Shown: positions 40,877 to 42,869 of the stretch, in pieces
How positions within the stretch are numbered: position 1 is the first letter of the stretch
Layout of the letters: every line of letters starts with the position of its first letter
IMG/VR virus record: IMGVR_UViG_3300045988_027679
Span: 1-42,869 of that record
Strand: one strand, 5' to 3'
Length of the DNA: 42,869 bases
Origin: a virus
The notes under the pieces: generated by a model
Databases searched by the model: none
Seen by the model: only the letters and a program-made list of their open reading frames with translations
Told to the model about the DNA's origin: nothing
Made by a program: the position numbers and the translations under genes

Positions 40877-41380
40877 TTAAGCAAATAATGCATCTATTTC
40901 TTCTGTAGTTATTGCTGTAGGAAAGTCCTTTTTCAAGATTTCGGCCAATCTGTTTGCGATGTCCCTGTAGGTATCCGTTCTGATTTTTTCTGCTGTCACG
41001 CTGCCGTTTCTGATGTTTCCTTCCGATATACAGTTCTCGGTCAGATGGTCGTGTTTGACCGCTCTCGCCTGGATCTTGTCTCCGGTCACACAAATGGGTG
41101 CTAGGTTTCTGTTCTTTACAGAGCCGTAGGCAAGCTTCGCTCCCGTTATTGCCTCATCCGCAATTTGAGCACTCGTTATAGTTGTCTTGGCGAGTTCACT
41201 CTTGACAATCTTAACGACCGCATCGTTCTCCAGTTTATCGTCCATCATGACGAGCATCTTGCTTAACTCGACAACGATGTCGTAAATTTCCGTGCCGACA
41301 CGCACCGCCGTGTTCTCCCCAACCTCCGTAGCCTCCTTAATCTGTTGGGCTACCGCAAGCATTTCATGTATTGTTGCCAT
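40877..41380 (-). CDS. Fibre-associated protein (167 aa)
   Basis: I placed the start at ATG 41380 (MATIHEMLAV), 19 nt after the upstream stop. It has repetitive segments (ITSAQIADEAITGAKLAYGSV, VTGDKIQARAVKHDHLTENCISEGNIRNGSVTAEKI) typical of fibre shafts. Confidence 0.65.
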   Translation of the reverse strand: MATIHEMLAVAQQIKEATEVGENTAVRVGTEIYDIVVELSKMLVMMDDKLENDAVVKIVKSELAKTTITSAQIADEAITGAKLAYGSVKNRNLAPICVTGDKIQARAVKHDHLTENCISEGNIRNGSVTAEKIRTDTYRDIANRLAEILKKDFPTAITTEEIDALFA

Positions 41381-41399
41381 GGCTATATATATTAAAAAA

Positions 41400-41912
41400 T
41401 TAGTAATCAACTTTTCTTGGATAGCCAGCCGTAACGTCAAAGTTGCGCACTTCTTCAATGTCAGACAGCCAATCGACTGTAAGCATGTGCTCATGCGTTA
41501 CGTTGTTTGTTGTCTTGGCGTAAATTTCTAGAGTGTCAAGCAATGAAATTGCATCGTCTATAGGAAGTACCACTTTGTCTGTGTCGAACCAAATAGTGAT
41601 GCTGTCATGCCCTTTCTCTTTGAGAATCTTTGCAGAGTAAGCAATGCTCTGTCGCTTGTCAAGGTTGAGCCAACGAGGAACACCATTAAGAATAAATGAG
41701 TTTACGGCCGATGATGTGTCGTAGGCTGTTATCTCGGCTATCTTATCAGCCTTTGCCTGCTCCAATTTTTCTTTTTCGGTAAGTGGAGGCTCAACATATT
41801 CCTCATAGCCAGCCTTAATCAGCATATCCTCTATTGGGTTACACACTATGCATCCGTTTAACTCTATGGTGTCGGATGCAAAGACACCGTTCTTAATCCA
41901 TCGTTTATTCAT
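41400..41912 (-). CDS. DUF4376-like protein (fibre assembly/accessory)
   Basis: 170 aa. KEKLEQAKADKIAEITAYDTSSAVNSF.LNG...WL....R.S matches my memory of DUF4376 found beside phage fibre genes. Confidence 0.5.
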   Translation of the reverse strand: MNKRWIKNGVFASDTIELNGCIVCNPIEDMLIKAGYEEYVEPPLTEKEKLEQAKADKIAEITAYDTSSAVNSFILNGVPRWLNLDKRQSIAYSAKILKEKGHDSITIWFDTDKVVLPIDDAISLLDTLEIYAKTTNNVTHEHMLTVDWLSDIEEVRNFDVTAGYPRKVDY

Positions 41913-41913
41913 A

Positions 41914-42869
41914 TTATACTAAATTAATTGTGTAACCTTTATTAGTTAAGGATTGAATTTGCTCTTCAGAAAATCCGTATGAAGTTTTTAGCTTCAACGT
42001 TACATTTGGCAAGCCATTAGCCTTTCTGTCGTATAGTGACATGAATGAAACCTTTGACTCTTCATCTAATGAGGCGAAACTGCTCATGTCAAACGTAGCT
42101 TCTTGTTTTATCTTGCCAAAACCTTCTCCCAAAACAAGATGTTTCAAATTTTGGTTTAATTCAAAGAATGAATTTACATTTGTAGCACTTGTCAAGTCGA
42201 ACCCTGATATATCGAGCCACTCTAATGCCGTACATATAGAAAATACCCATGCGTAATTTGTAACATTTTTTGTGTTAAACTTAGACAAATCCAGTTTTTG
42301 CAGATTTCTATTATTGTACCATGTACAATACATTTTTTTCAGATTATTACCCTCTCTCAATTCTGGAAGTTTTAGCTTTGTTACACTAGAACTACCCGAT
42401 CCACCACTGAAAGCATAAGTTAAATCTATCATACTGCTAAAATCATTCATGGTTAAATCTTGCAAGGCACTGCATCCTTCAAAGCAATGGAACAAAGAAG
42501 TAACTTTACTAGTGTCCCAAGAGGATAAGTCTAAACTCTGCAAGGCACTGCATCCTTGGAAACAATAAGTCAAATCAGTAACTTTACTAGTGTCCCAAGA
42601 GGATAAGTCTAAACTCTGCAAGGCACTGCATCCTTGGAAACAATAAGTCAAATCAGTAACTTTACTAGTGTCCCAAGAGGATAAGTCTAAACTCTGCAAG
42701 GCACTGCATCCTTCAAAGCAATGGAACAAAGAAGTAACTTTACTAGTGTCCCAAGAGGATAAGTCTAAACTCTGCAAGGCACTGCATCCTTCAAAGCAAT
42801 GGAACAAAGAAGTAACTTTACTAGTGTCCCAAGAGGATAAGTCTAAACTCTGCAAGGCACTGCATCCTT
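41914..42869 (-). CDS. BspA/DUF285-type 26-residue-repeat protein, 3' part (ORF open at the right window edge)
   Basis: It has five near-identical 26-aa units SLDLSSWDTSKVT(S/D)L(F/T)(H/Y)CF(E/Q)GCSALQ followed by degenerate units (LDLSKFNTKNVTNYAWVF, LDISGFDLTSATNVNSFF). It continues in frame with 222..1 across the window ends. Confidence 0.8.
   Translation of the reverse strand, partial: GCSALQSLDLSSWDTSKVTSLFHCFEGCSALQSLDLSSWDTSKVTSLFHCFEGCSALQSLDLSSWDTSKVTDLTYCFQGCSALQSLDLSSWDTSKVTDLTYCFQGCSALQSLDLSSWDTSKVTSLFHCFEGCSALQDLTMNDFSSMIDLTYAFSGGSGSSSVTKLKLPELREGNNLKKMYCTWYNNRNLQKLDLSKFNTKNVTNYAWVFSICTALEWLDISGFDLTSATNVNSFFELNQNLKHLVLGEGFGKIKQEATFDMSSFASLDEESKVSFMSLYDRKANGLPNVTLKLKTSYGFSEEQIQSLTNKGYTINLV
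42455..42869. repeat. 78-nt tandem repeat (about 5.3 units here, continuing at nt 1-108)
   Basis: Two alternating unit variants have long identical cores. nt 1-108 are identical to 42499-42606. Confidence 0.9.

Larger units (their letters stand above)
1..42869. mobile_element. Complete or near-complete temperate tailed-phage genome, apparently circularly closed/permuted (Bacteroidota-type host)
   Basis: Carries integrase, repressor/Cro-like switch, recombination and replication genes, terminase, capsid protease, capsid, tape measure, fibres and a holin-endolysin-spanin cassette. nt 1-59 are identical to nt 42811-42869 and one ORF continues in frame across that junction. Several promoters fit the Bacteroides -33 TTTG / -7 TAnnTTTG pattern, and most start codons lack Shine-Dalgarno sequences. 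Confidence 0.8.

Noticed and set aside
42455-42869. Diversity-generating retroelement (template/variable repeat) in the repeat protein
   Set aside because: There is no reverse transcriptase gene anywhere in the window. The repeats are in-frame tandem units, and differences between the two unit variants are not adenine-specific.

Overview
The 42,869-nt window reads as an essentially complete temperate tailed-phage genome (siphovirus-like) from a Bacteroidota-type host. About 60 genes are tightly packed. All are on the minus strand except a plus-strand lysogeny module at 29.6-32.9 kb (repressor, membrane and secreted cargo, tyrosine integrase). The first 59 nt equal the last 59 nt, and one ORF (a BspA/DUF285-type repeat protein) continues in frame across the window ends. 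The sequence is therefore probably a circularly closed or permuted assembly broken inside a 78-nt tandem repeat. Modules recognisable by eye are listed below.
- Collagen-like fibre, head module (ClpP-like protease/scaffold, major capsid, portal-like).
- Tape measure and large tail proteins.
- TerS-like and TerL.
- A radical-SAM + P-loop kinase + two ParB/Srx-like genes block.
- RuvC-like resolvase, a replisome-organiser-like gene, YqaJ-like exonuclease and a putative annealing protein.
- A face-to-face promoter switch.
- An accessory operon of seven small genes.
- Holin, GH19 endolysin and a u-spanin candidate.
- A promoter-gene-terminator moron and a strongly AT-rich fibre gene.
The most unusual observations are regulatory.
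1. A promoter + seed + terminator unit at 32985-33059 looks like a ~75-nt sRNA. Its 5' end is the exact complement of a 10-14 nt leader motif (AAACAUUCAG) found 3-5 nt upstream of four early start codons and in the leader of the accessory operon.
2. The same 17-nt sequence brackets that 1.9-kb operon as an inverted repeat, next to the integrase.
3. Thirteen perfect TTTTCGGT iterons are spaced at exactly 10.5 bp on average, upstream of the operon promoter.
4. A 77-nt tRNA-like element sits in a structured 265-nt gap.
5. The radical-SAM/kinase/ParB-like block lies directly upstream of the terminase.
All functional names come from motifs read by eye and from memory of protein families. No database search was possible.
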